Shown here: positions 16,051 to 25,198 of the stretch, piece by piece
Layout: each line of letters begins with the position of its first letter
Position numbering within the stretch: the stretch's first letter is position 1
DNA from: a bacterium
GTDB taxonomy: Bacteria; Patescibacteriota; Minisyncoccia; JBBINA01
Direction: 5' to 3'
Length of the DNA stretch: 64,000 bases
Assembly (NCBI GenBank): GCA_037444125.1
Contig: JBBINA010000004.1
Coordinates: 1,582 to 65,581, forward strand
Notes under the pieces: model-generated
The model's input: the letters and a program-made list of their open reading frames with translations, nothing else
The model's database searches: none
What the model was told of the DNA's origin: nothing
Made by a program: the position numbers and the translations under genes

Positions 16051-18051
16051 ATGAGATACAATAAAATTTTCTTTAGTTTAGTTTTTGTTTTTTTCGTCAC
16101 AGTGTTTTTGCCTGATTTACTTGGCGCGCAATCAATAGAGACTCGTAGTTTTTTACCGTCAGCTACTACAGAGGCGCAGATTGTCGTTTCGCCAGAGGTT
16201 GTTTGCACCCAAGAAGCGAAACTCTGCCCAGATGGCTCTTATGTTAGTCGCACAGGTCCTAATTGTGAATTTGCTCCTTGTTCGGGAGAAAATTCATCTT
16301 GCGGTCAAATTAAATGCTTGCGGTATGACCCGGTTTGCGGCACTGACGGAAAAACTTATGCTTGCGGCGAAGCTGACGCTTTAGCTTGTGGCGTAAAAGT
16401 GGCTTATAAAGGTGAATGTAAAGAAAAAGAAGATTCTTATCAGGAAAAATTAAGCGATTATGAGAAGTGTGGACCCCTACCCGGGGCTCAGGGTAATTGG
16501 GTTTGTAAAGATGGAAAATGGGTTTTGAGTTCATTTGGTTTTTCAGAGGCTACTAAAAGGATGACGGTCGCAAAATGCGGTTTTAATACCTATGAAGTTT
16601 TTGAACAGTGCGGCGATAACAGTTTTAAAGCATTTTATTTTCAATGTTATGATGGTTATGAAGAAAAAAATGGCGGAGCAGATTCTTGTAAATCATTAGA
16701 AAGTTGGAAAGAATATGCCACTAAAGTTTGTGCCAATCGATGTGGTTCTCTTGTTACACCAAAACCAGATTCTAGCCTCATGCCTCCGCCTTCTTTAGTA
16801 AAGCCAGAACAACAAACGACATCTCAACCAACGGTTTCTGGCACTGCTGAATCGGGTGCTTCAGTAAGAGCGTCTGCTGTTTGCTTTATTCCTGACGAGT
16901 TAAGTCAAAATTACAGCAAGCTTATTCTTGATTTAAAGAAAGCTGAAGAAGCAGGAGATAAAGAACTTGCCAGCGCCATCACTCAAAAAATAACTGCCCT
17001 AAAAGAAGAAATTGAAAAAGTAAAGAAGCAATGTTTGTCTGCTACTCAAGCACCTTCAGCACAAGCACTAGTTAAACCTTTGCCCGTCGCTCCTCTTCCT
17101 TTGCCGTCAATTATAACAGTTGATAGATGCCAGGAAGTAAATCAATGGGAAAATAAAATAACTCATTACGAAGAATTAAGTAAACTTAATGATGAAGATT
17201 TAAAATACAAAAGCGGTTTTACCAGAGAAGAAATTAAAAAGATTTTAGAAGAACTTTATCAGGGGATTGAAAAGGTAAAAAAGCAGTGTGAAGAACAAGA
17301 AAAATCAACCGAAACACTTAAAACAGGAGTTCCAAGAGGCAATATTATAGTTAGAAATATTAGGAAGCCGTTTAAAGTTGTGTCTCCGGTGAAACCAGTC
17401 ATTGTGGAATCTGGTGAAGAAATAAGCAATTATTATAAAGCAAAAATAGAAGAGATTGTAGAAGAAGGAAGCGCTGAAGAACAAATAGAAAAACTCAAAA
17501 CTCTAAGAACCGAAATTGATGACCTTATTGCTAAACTTATTAAAAGCAAGGAAAAAATTGAAGCTGAAGAATTAAAGGGATTGGTGTCTGAAATCAAAAT
17601 AACCCCTCAAGAAATTAAAGCCGATAATGTTTCAGTTTCGCTTAGGGGAATTGAAAAAAAGGATATAAGAAGAGGAATAGTTATTGCTAAAGTTGCGGGC
17701 AAATTGCTCAATATCTTTCCAGGTGATAAAAAAGTAGTTATTGAAGACGAAAATCTAAAAGTAGAGACTGAGACGGTTTCAGTAAAAGATGAAAAACTGT
17801 TTATTGGAAATTCTGAGGTAAAAATCTTCCCCAGCCAAGTGGCAAGTAATTTAAATATTTTACCGAAAGAAGCTGAACTTAAAGAAGAAAACGGTAAGGC
17901 AGTTTATAAATTTAAGGTTTTAGAGCGGCGAAGATTATTTGGTTTTATTCCCCTGAACATCACTAAGATTATTACTAGTGATGCGGAATTTGGAAATTCT
18001 TTGGGCGAGCGTTTGCCGTGGTGGTCATTTTTAACCTTGGGCAGTAAGTAA
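16051..18051 (+). CDS. Secreted Cys-rich protein with a Kazal-type serine-protease-inhibitor-like domain and a long coiled-coil/repeat region
   Basis: Signal peptide MRYNKIFFSLVFVFFVTVFLPDLLGAQS. Kazal core CLRYDPVCGTDGKTYACGEADALACGVKVAYKGEC. A second Cys cluster, then Lys/Glu-rich repeats (EKVKKQC... occurring twice). The track start at 16042 is TTG. Confidence 0.6.
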   Translation: MRYNKIFFSLVFVFFVTVFLPDLLGAQSIETRSFLPSATTEAQIVVSPEVVCTQEAKLCPDGSYVSRTGPNCEFAPCSGENSSCGQIKCLRYDPVCGTDGKTYACGEADALACGVKVAYKGECKEKEDSYQEKLSDYEKCGPLPGAQGNWVCKDGKWVLSSFGFSEATKRMTVAKCGFNTYEVFEQCGDNSFKAFYFQCYDGYEEKNGGADSCKSLESWKEYATKVCANRCGSLVTPKPDSSLMPPPSLVKPEQQTTSQPTVSGTAESGASVRASAVCFIPDELSQNYSKLILDLKKAEEAGDKELASAITQKITALKEEIEKVKKQCLSATQAPSAQALVKPLPVAPLPLPSIITVDRCQEVNQWENKITHYEELSKLNDEDLKYKSGFTREEIKKILEELYQGIEKVKKQCEEQEKSTETLKTGVPRGNIIVRNIRKPFKVVSPVKPVIVESGEEISNYYKAKIEEIVEEGSAEEQIEKLKTLRTEIDDLIAKLIKSKEKIEAEELKGLVSEIKITPQEIKADNVSVSLRGIEKKDIRRGIVIAKVAGKLLNIFPGDKKVVIEDENLKVETETVSVKDEKLFIGNSEVKIFPSQVASNLNILPKEAELKEENGKAVYKFKVLERRRLFGFIPLNITKIITSDAEFGNSLGERLPWWSFLTLGSK

Positions 18052-18192
18052 ATTTGAATATGGCCACAATTAATAAATTTTTATTCGCATAAGCCTTCTT
18101 TTTATTTTCTTTTTGTTTATTTCTTTCACTTTTACCGAGCTGTTTTTATATTATAATTATATCTAGCTTACTTTCTTTTTAGGATTGATTTA

Positions 18193-18220
18193 CTTGACTA
18201 AGGTTTAAAAAGAGGTACAA
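18193..18220 (+). promoter_or_regulatory. Candidate promoter TTGACT - 16 nt - TACAAT
   Basis: cTTGACTaaggtttaaaaagaggTACAATat, upstream of the PGI/PMI gene. Confidence 0.4.
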
Positions 18221-18261
18221 TATATGTTTTGGTCTGTATAAATATTCAAAATTATAAACCC

Positions 18262-19344
18262 ATGAAGGCGATTTTACAAAGAAGAAAACAAATTGACAAA
18301 AGTAATATGTTTAAGATAATTAAAGATACACCTCTTCATTTAAGTGAAGGACGAAAGGCCGTAGAACAAGAACAGATTAAAAAAACACTTAATAAGATTA
18401 AACAAAATAAACCAAAATATTTAATTAACTGTGGCGTTGGCGGTTCGGCTTTATCGCCTGAAATATTGAAGTTATTAATGAAAAATGGCGATATATCTAT
18501 AGATGAATTGCCGACGATTTATTCGAATAGGCACTATTTTTTGCCTGCTTGGACAGGAAAAGTTAATGCCTTGGTTATTTATAATTCTTATTCTGGAAAC
18601 ACGGAGGAAGTTATTTCATGCCTGTTTCATGGTCTTAAAATGGGATTGCAAAACCAGCTTGTGATTTCTTCAGGTGGGCAGCTTGCGATTTTAGCTCAAA
18701 GATATTCTTTGCCTCTTATAAGGTTGCCTAGCAATTTTTTACCAAGACTTGCTATTAATTATCATTTTGCTATTTTGTCCGCAATTTATGAAGTAGTTTT
18801 TTCTTTAAAAATCATTGAAGAATTAGAAAGTATAAGTAAAAAGCTTTATCAAGATGTGTCATCAATTGAAAAAGAAGGTTATAGAATAGCCTCATTGCTT
18901 TTTGGCCGAATTCCGCTTATCTATACATCTTCGACGCTTAAAATTTTGGGCTATATTTGGAAAATTAAATTAAATGAGAATGCCGAGATACCGGCTTTTT
19001 TCAATCATATTCCAGAAATGAACCATAATGAAATAGTTGGCTTAACCGGTCTTAAAAAAATATTTAGCCAACCGCTTTTTTATGCTTTAATGATTAATTC
19101 TGAAAACGATCATGTGCGGATACATAAACGTATGAAGATTACCAAAAACATTTTTAATCGTTTGGATATTGATTTTATTGATTTGAACATAGGCTCTAGA
19201 ACGCTTTGCAATATATTCAGGAATATAATGCTGGCTGATTGGGTTTCTTATTATTTGTCACTGCTTTATGGTGTTGATCCGACGCCGACGAGAATTATTG
19301 ACGAAATAAAACAAGAACTGTCAAAAATAAAATTCGTTTTTTGA
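18262..19344 (+). CDS. Bifunctional phosphoglucose/phosphomannose isomerase family (SIS domain, archaeal-type PGI/PMI)
   Basis: CGVGGSALSPEIL and YSGNTEE motifs. ATG at 18262; the track start at 18229 is TTG. Confidence 0.65.
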   Translation: MKAILQRRKQIDKSNMFKIIKDTPLHLSEGRKAVEQEQIKKTLNKIKQNKPKYLINCGVGGSALSPEILKLLMKNGDISIDELPTIYSNRHYFLPAWTGKVNALVIYNSYSGNTEEVISCLFHGLKMGLQNQLVISSGGQLAILAQRYSLPLIRLPSNFLPRLAINYHFAILSAIYEVVFSLKIIEELESISKKLYQDVSSIEKEGYRIASLLFGRIPLIYTSSTLKILGYIWKIKLNENAEIPAFFNHIPEMNHNEIVGLTGLKKIFSQPLFYALMINSENDHVRIHKRMKITKNIFNRLDIDFIDLNIGSRTLCNIFRNIMLADWVSYYLSLLYGVDPTPTRIIDEIKQELSKIKFVF

Positions 19345-19386
19345 TTCAAAAAAATAATTTTTGCCTTATAAAAAAGGAGATGCTTT

Positions 19387-20064
19387 TTAGCACCTCCTCC
19401 AAGGAACAAATTCTTCAATTGGTATAATTTCTAGCTTCCCGTGACGTACGCAACATACATGATATTTAGGAACAATTGTCCCTGGATTTAAAGTAATGTT
19501 ACAACCAGTTTGGGAAAAGTCGCCTATTATAGCCCCAAACTTAACTAGATGGGTATCTACTAATTGGTTTTGGTAGGAAATTTTGATTGTTTCAGGTTTC
19601 ATTATTCCCGTTTTTTCAAGGAAGATCGAAAAAAATTTGATGTTAGAAAGAACAGTATTAGCGCCGAGATTAACAGAATTTCCAAGAATGCTGTCTCCAA
19701 TATATGACATATGGGGCGCAGTGACTTCATTTAAGATAATTGAATTTTTGACTTCTGAGCGTATGATGCAGTATGAACCAATAATTACATTTTTCCTGAT
19801 GTAGGCAAAAGGTCTGACTTCAGTATGTGAGCCTATAATAATATTAGGCCCTTCAAGATGTGCATTAGGATGAATTTTTGCAGTTGGATGTATGAATATG
19901 TTTCGTTTTTTATCCAATGTTTTGTAATTTTTTCGAATAAGATTAAGATTTGTTTCTATAAAATCTTCTATGGAAGCAAGTGTTTGCCAGACATATTTAA
20001 AGCTTCCTAGAAAATTATCTATAAGATTTCTAGGATTTAGTCCAAAAAGTTCTTTAGCTTGCAC
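19387..20064 (-). CDS. Left-handed beta-helix (hexapeptide-repeat) acyl/acetyltransferase, GlmU C-terminal-like
   Basis: Repeated [LIV]-G-x-x-x-x-I hexapeptides (IIIGSHTEV, VIIGSYCII, ILGNSVNLGANTVL, AIIGDFSQTG). GTG start. Divergent from an NTP-transferase gene, so it may be a split GlmU-like pair. Confidence 0.65.
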   Translation of the reverse strand: MQAKELFGLNPRNLIDNFLGSFKYVWQTLASIEDFIETNLNLIRKNYKTLDKKRNIFIHPTAKIHPNAHLEGPNIIIGSHTEVRPFAYIRKNVIIGSYCIIRSEVKNSIILNEVTAPHMSYIGDSILGNSVNLGANTVLSNIKFFSIFLEKTGIMKPETIKISYQNQLVDTHLVKFGAIIGDFSQTGCNITLNPGTIVPKYHVCCVRHGKLEIIPIEEFVPWRRC

Positions 20065-20141
20065 TTTATCACCCCTTTTACTTTTGAGAACTTTTGTTTT
20101 ATAGTATTTGTATTATATAGCAAATTTTACAATAAATCAAT

Positions 20142-20873
20142 ATGAAAGCAATAATTTTGGCAGCCGGTAAGGGTAAAAGATTGCGCCCCTTAACATTTAA
20201 AATACCCAAACCTCTTATTAGAGTGGCGGGTAAAGAGATATTATTCTGGATATTAGAAAATTTGCCTAATATTATAGATGAAATAATTATTGTTGTGGGT
20301 TATAAAGGAGAGGTTATCAAAAAACATTTGGGTTATGAATTCGCGGGTAAAAAAATTGCGTATGTTAAGCAAAAAGAGCTCAAGGGTACAGCTCACGCAT
20401 TAATGATGGCTAAATCATTTATCAAGCCAAATGAAAAATTTTTAGTTTTGAATGGTGATGATATTCATAGCAAAGTTGATTTGGAGAAATTATGCAGCCT
20501 AGAAGATTTAGCTGTTATGGCTTTTGAAGTTAACGACCCTTCTAATTTTGGAATTGTAAAGGTGGATGAACAGCATAAACTTGTAACAATTATAGAAAAA
20601 CCAGTTGGCTTGACTGGTAAGGAGAAGAAGTATCATGCTGCTACCGGCGCTTACTTAATTGATGAAAGGATTTTTAAAATTGATATGGTTAAAGTTGATT
20701 CAGTGGAATATGGTTTACCTCAGACCATTTCTGTTTTAGCGCGCGATGTGCCAGTTAAGATTTTGTATGCCCAAACCTGGATTTCTTGTGGTACTTTTGA
20801 CGATTTAGTTAAAGCTGAGAAGATTTTGACTTCAGATATTGCACGATTATTTCAGGGACACGATTTTCTATAA
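20142..20873 (+). CDS. Sugar-1-phosphate nucleotidyltransferase (GlmU N-terminal-like / RmlA-like)
   Basis: MKAIILAAGKGKRLRPLTFKIPKPLI G-loop and the NTP_transferase fold length. Confidence 0.75.
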   Translation: MKAIILAAGKGKRLRPLTFKIPKPLIRVAGKEILFWILENLPNIIDEIIIVVGYKGEVIKKHLGYEFAGKKIAYVKQKELKGTAHALMMAKSFIKPNEKFLVLNGDDIHSKVDLEKLCSLEDLAVMAFEVNDPSNFGIVKVDEQHKLVTIIEKPVGLTGKEKKYHAATGAYLIDERIFKIDMVKVDSVEYGLPQTISVLARDVPVKILYAQTWISCGTFDDLVKAEKILTSDIARLFQGHDFL

Positions 20874-22494
20874 GAATCAAAGTATCTTTTTGGACCATAT
20901 TTTTGATTAAGGATAGTAATTTTCGTTCATCTTTAACCACCATAAAGTGTCTCATATTAAATCCTGATTTGTTTAGAGTAGAACTGATAATATGTATATA
21001 GTCATAAGAAGTTGTTATGATGTAATTGAAAGTTTTAGCCATTTTTTCGGCAATATTTTGGTGGGCTCTAGCGGAATCAGGACCTAGTTCAATAAGTGGT
21101 CTAAAAATTATTACTTTGGTTTTGGCTTTTAGTTTGTCGGCTGCATTAATTGCTTCAAGAAAGCCAGTTTCATTAGCGGAATATGAGTCATCAATAATAA
21201 TATTATTTAAAAGTTTATTTTTATAGATTTTCAGCGTATGGTCTGGTTGAGAGATTTTTTCTGTTTTTGAGGCAATGTATGGAATTTTTATTCCTAATTC
21301 TCTGGCTGTGGCGATGGTTAAAAGAAGGTTGATAACAAAGTTTGAAGAGGTGAGATTAGTTTTAAGATATACAGGAGATTTCCCCCTTTTTTCATTAAAT
21401 AAGAAAGTAAGTTTTTGAGTAATATTACCATCGGGTTTTGGGGCAGATATTTGTGTCGCATAATAATCAGCCTTTTCAGTAATAGAAACCCTTTTCACTT
21501 TAATATCAGGTCTGATTTTTTTGAAATTTTTTATATAAGTTTTTATAAATGGCGAATCTTGATTGATAATTAACGAGCCATTAGGTTTAAGAATTTCGCC
21601 TATTTCAAACTTAGCTTCTATTATATTTTTTTGAGAACCGAATAAATCTAAATGTTGATTGGAAATAGCAGTTAAAATTGAAATATCTGGCTTTAAAATA
21701 GAGCCAATGTTTTTAATTTCGCCCTTTCTATAAGCACCTATTTCAACGATAAGAATTTTATGAACTGCTTTAAGTTCCTTGAGGATGAAGTTTGCGATGC
21801 CTATTTCAGTATTGATATTTTTAGGGATAGTCAATACAGTAGTCCATTCGCAAAGTAACGCGTGCAAGAAGTTTTTGGTACTAGTTTTTCCATAACTTCC
21901 GGTGATAGCTATGATTTTTAATTTTTTGTTTTTTTTCATTACTTTTGCCAATTTCTCAAAAGAATGTTTGCGTAGTTTATTATTTAGAATATTTAAAAAG
22001 GCTATTTGGATGATTATTAGTAAAATTAGGAGTCTATCAATTATGAGAAGTTGCTTGACTAAAGAATTATTGAAAAGACTGAGATTAGTTAGCCAATTAG
22101 TTGCCAGTAAGATTATAGATAAAGCAGCGGCGGTGATGATACTGAATGAAAGTATGAGAAGCCCTGTTACCTTAACTGTAAGTTTAGGGCGTTTAAAGCG
22201 TAAGGTAATTATTTCAAAGAAGGTGTAGATGCCTTCTAAAAAATAAATTAAGAAAAAGCCGTAGAAACAGAAGTGAAAGAGCGTTGGCCAGGATAAAGCA
22301 CCCAGGACAACGAATTTAGTTAGCGACCAAGGATGTAGAATAACATTTAAACCTTCTTGAGTTTTAAGCCACGAAAAATAGCGATCAAACCTGAATTCTT
22401 TTAGCTGAAAAATCGAGATATGAAAAAATAATCTTCTGATTTGGGCCAGAAACCAAATAAAAATAAATATTAAAAATATTAGATTAGGGCTCAT
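20809..22494 (-). CDS. Mur-ligase-family enzyme (MurF-like) with an N-terminal polytopic membrane domain
   Basis: ATP-binding motif ITGSYGKTSTKNF plus central and C-terminal Mur ligase regions. The first roughly 190 aa are hydrophobic helices instead of the canonical MurF N-domain. Overlaps the 3' end of the convergent gene by 65 nt. Confidence 0.65.
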   Translation of the reverse strand: MSPNLIFLIFIFIWFLAQIRRLFFHISIFQLKEFRFDRYFSWLKTQEGLNVILHPWSLTKFVVLGALSWPTLFHFCFYGFFLIYFLEGIYTFFEIITLRFKRPKLTVKVTGLLILSFSIITAAALSIILLATNWLTNLSLFNNSLVKQLLIIDRLLILLIIIQIAFLNILNNKLRKHSFEKLAKVMKKNKKLKIIAITGSYGKTSTKNFLHALLCEWTTVLTIPKNINTEIGIANFILKELKAVHKILIVEIGAYRKGEIKNIGSILKPDISILTAISNQHLDLFGSQKNIIEAKFEIGEILKPNGSLIINQDSPFIKTYIKNFKKIRPDIKVKRVSITEKADYYATQISAPKPDGNITQKLTFLFNEKRGKSPVYLKTNLTSSNFVINLLLTIATARELGIKIPYIASKTEKISQPDHTLKIYKNKLLNNIIIDDSYSANETGFLEAINAADKLKAKTKVIIFRPLIELGPDSARAHQNIAEKMAKTFNYIITTSYDYIHIISSTLNKSGFNMRHFMVVKDERKLLSLIKNMVQKDTLILIENRVPEIIVQYLKSKSSQL

Positions 22495-23263
22495 TTATAA
22501 AGTCTAAAATTAATCTGGCGACTAAATTAGGTTTAGTAAGATGAGGTGAATGACGCGCGTCTTTAATAAAAAACAGACGAGCATTTTTAATTAAGTTTTT
22601 AATAATAATACCCTCTGTTGGTTTAGTAATTGAGTCTTTTTCTCCCCAGATGATGATTGTTTTAGAAGCAATTTGAGGCAATATTTCTGTAAGATCTTCA
22701 TCAATTACTCTTTGCATAATTTTTTTCATACGGCCGGAAGCTTTCATATAATCATAATTGCCTAATAGTTTAGTTAAAAGTTTTTTTAAAAACGGAATAA
22801 AAGATATAGCCATTTTTAATTTCTGCTTCAATTTGCCGTGGATATTTTTGGCGATTTTAGCCAAAAGTCCGCTTTTTCTTATACAAGCGGGGTCAATTAG
22901 AATTAGTTTATTAATATATTCAGGGTTAATAATGGTAAAATAGCAGGCAATTTGCCCGCCAAAAGAATGACCTATAAGAATTAAATTATTTTTTCTTATT
23001 TTAAATTTTTTGATTATGGAAAGCAAAAAATTGGCATAGTCTTTAATCCCCCAAGTGGAAGGAGGTTCTTGGCTTTCTCCGAAACCAGGCAAGTCTAGAA
23101 TTAAAATTTTTATTTTAGATAAATCTATTTTTTGAGTTAAAACATTTAGAAGGGGTTGCCATGAGTGAATAGAGCCTCCCCAGCCGTGTATCATTAAAAT
23201 AGTTTGCCGGCCAGTACCTTTTAAAATATAGTTTATTTTTAAGTCTGATATTTTTAGCCTCAT
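22484..23263 (-). CDS. Alpha/beta hydrolase
   Basis: HGWGGS and nucleophile elbow GHSFGG. An 11-nt overlap with the Mur ligase gene suggests an operon. Confidence 0.75.
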   Translation of the reverse strand: MRLKISDLKINYILKGTGRQTILMIHGWGGSIHSWQPLLNVLTQKIDLSKIKILILDLPGFGESQEPPSTWGIKDYANFLLSIIKKFKIRKNNLILIGHSFGGQIACYFTIINPEYINKLILIDPACIRKSGLLAKIAKNIHGKLKQKLKMAISFIPFLKKLLTKLLGNYDYMKASGRMKKIMQRVIDEDLTEILPQIASKTIIIWGEKDSITKPTEGIIIKNLIKNARLFFIKDARHSPHLTKPNLVARLILDFINEP

Positions 23264-23946
23264 TTGATAGTGGTTCCTTTAAAATTAAGGCTACCAATTA
23301 AGATTTTATATAAGTTTTTGATATTTTTGCCATTACACACGATACATTTTAACGAGTTTTTTAAAGCAAAACGCGCTGCTACCGGGTCAATTGGGATTGA
23401 AAGCCCTGGTGACCATTTAGCCGTACCTTGGGACTTAATAATATCTAAATATTCGCGCCAGGATAGGTGTTTCTGTATTATCTTTTGCTGTTGGTTATTT
23501 AGTTTATATATATAATCAATGTTTGATAGATTTATAATTGAGTCTAATTTAAGCTTTTCGGCAAAATGAAATGCATCATAATCAGTAGAGAAACCTGGAA
23601 TAGTACCTGATCCAATAATAATAGGTTTACGGAATATTATTTTTGCTTTGAGACCTGAAATAATATTCCTTTCTGCATTTTGGGCAAAAATTAACTGCAG
23701 AAATTTAGCATTTAATTTAGTTGCTTGAATGCCTATTATATCTAGTTCTTTGGGCTTATTGACAAAGTTTTTAAGAGCTATTTGGTATTGACGCGCTATT
23801 ATCCCGCCTCCACAAAATATTAAAAACTTAATTTTCTTTTTTACAAAGGAAAGAATTAAATTACGAAAAGATTCAAGAAAATTTATGTCAAATTCGCCCC
23901 CATTAATAAGGGACCCTCCCAGAGATAAAACTTTAATTTTTCTCAT
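23260..23946 (-). CDS. pyrH: UMP kinase (archaeal-type, amino-acid-kinase fold)
   Basis: VLSLGGSL, FCGGGIIARQY, GIQATKLNA, GSGTIPGFSTDYDAFHFAE and IDPVAARFA align with archaeal PyrH. Confidence 0.75.
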   Translation of the reverse strand: MRKIKVLSLGGSLINGGEFDINFLESFRNLILSFVKKKIKFLIFCGGGIIARQYQIALKNFVNKPKELDIIGIQATKLNAKFLQLIFAQNAERNIISGLKAKIIFRKPIIIGSGTIPGFSTDYDAFHFAEKLKLDSIINLSNIDYIYKLNNQQQKIIQKHLSWREYLDIIKSQGTAKWSPGLSIPIDPVAARFALKNSLKCIVCNGKNIKNLYKILIGSLNFKGTTIK

Positions 23947-24067
23947 TAAAAGTTTAGTATAAAAAAGGTAAATTATTGCAGCAAAGTATTATAACAGATT
24001 TTATGCTTTTTTAAATTATATTTAGAATGGTTTTTTATATTTTTTCTTTTCAGAGTAAGATCAATTT

Positions 24068-25198
24068 TTATTTTAAGATAGAATTATAGAGCTTCAAATG
24101 TCTATCTATCATTGTATTCAGCGAGAAATACTTTATGACTCTTTGATGAGCATTATTGCCATAGAATTTGGCTATTTTTTTATTACAAAGCAGTTTTAGT
24201 AATTCCGAGGCGAGTTTTTCGTGGTTTTTTGGAGGGACAGTTGAGCCTGTTTTATTATTTAAACTTACGAGCGGTACGCCGCTTTCTAAATTTGTATTAA
24301 TCACAGGTTTTTTGGCAAGCATTGCTTCAAGTTGTACTAAACCAAATGCTTCTGATTTATAAATTGAGGGTAAGACAAAAACATCGCATGCCAGAAAATA
24401 TGATTTTAAAATTTCTTCATTTTGCGGAGGGATAAATAAAACATATTTTTCAAGGGCTAGTGATTTGGTTAGTTGTATTAGTTTATTCTTTAAGTTTCCT
24501 TCGCCGATTACTAAAAGAATAAAATTAGGCAATTTTTGTTTGACAATTTCTAGCGCCATAAGAAGGTAATTTAAACCTTTGTAATATGCGAGTCGCCCAA
24601 CAAAGAGAATTATTTTTTTATCCTTAAAACTTTTTTTAATTTTTAAAGCTTGTTTATAATTAAATTCTTTGTAGTGGTTTTGGCTGATACCGAAAGGCAC
24701 GATTCTTATCTTGTCCTTAAATTTCTGCAGATATTCAGAATAAATTATGTGATTTTTGGTGGGCGCGATAATAACATCAGCCGAATGTAAGGCTTTAATT
24801 ACGAAGGGTTTTAGAATTATATTAAATAATTTTTGTCTAACGATTTCCGAGTGCCAAGTAATTATAATTTTAGGTTTAATTTTTAAAAGCGATACAGCAA
24901 TAAAAGCAAGTGGAAATGGCCAATGAATATGAATAATATCATATTGATTAGCCATTTTTTTAAATAAATAAAAAAAATCAATTGAAAGCGGCATACCCAA
25001 AATTATGCCAAAGCTTGCTGCTTTATATATTTTGACTTTATTTATGTTTTCAATGACTCTTGTGCATTTTGAATTACAGCACAACACTTCTACTTTTAAT
25101 CCTTTTTTGCGATTGAGCTTTTCAGAAATATTCTTAACAACGCTTTCTATACCTCCAAGCCATGGATAATAAAATTTATTTATTTGAAGAATTTTCAT
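24068..25198 (-). CDS. Glycosyltransferase family 4 (GT-B)
   Basis: FVGRLAYYKGLNYLL...SEAFGLVQLEAMLAKKPVINT. The track start at 25231 is TTG; the ATG is at 25198. Confidence 0.8.
   Translation of the reverse strand: MKILQINKFYYPWLGGIESVVKNISEKLNRKKGLKVEVLCCNSKCTRVIENINKVKIYKAASFGIILGMPLSIDFFYLFKKMANQYDIIHIHWPFPLAFIAVSLLKIKPKIIITWHSEIVRQKLFNIILKPFVIKALHSADVIIAPTKNHIIYSEYLQKFKDKIRIVPFGISQNHYKEFNYKQALKIKKSFKDKKIILFVGRLAYYKGLNYLLMALEIVKQKLPNFILLVIGEGNLKNKLIQLTKSLALEKYVLFIPPQNEEILKSYFLACDVFVLPSIYKSEAFGLVQLEAMLAKKPVINTNLESGVPLVSLNNKTGSTVPPKNHEKLASELLKLLCNKKIAKFYGNNAHQRVIKYFSLNTMIDRHLKLYNSILK

Noticed and set aside
16005-16534. Small ORFs (16005..16208 -, 16181..16384 +, 16310..16534 -) around the 5' end of the Kazal-protein gene
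   Set aside because: They all overlap the long, motif-supported secreted-protein ORF in other frames. This is typical spurious calling in AT-rich sequence. The same applies to the other short antisense or overlapping track ORFs (for example 1687..1881, 5045..5233, 5662..5892, 10365.., 11013.., 13542.., 14098.., 19583.., 21026.., 21902.., 22758.., 23115.., 23264.., 24168.., 25261.., 30538.., 32666.., 37589.., 38805.., 40374.., 42511.., 42568.., 44741.., 47199.., 47729.., 49949.., 50718.., 50944.., 52578.., 52785.., 52977.., 53311.., 53759.., 55738.., 56189.., 56491.., 63648..).
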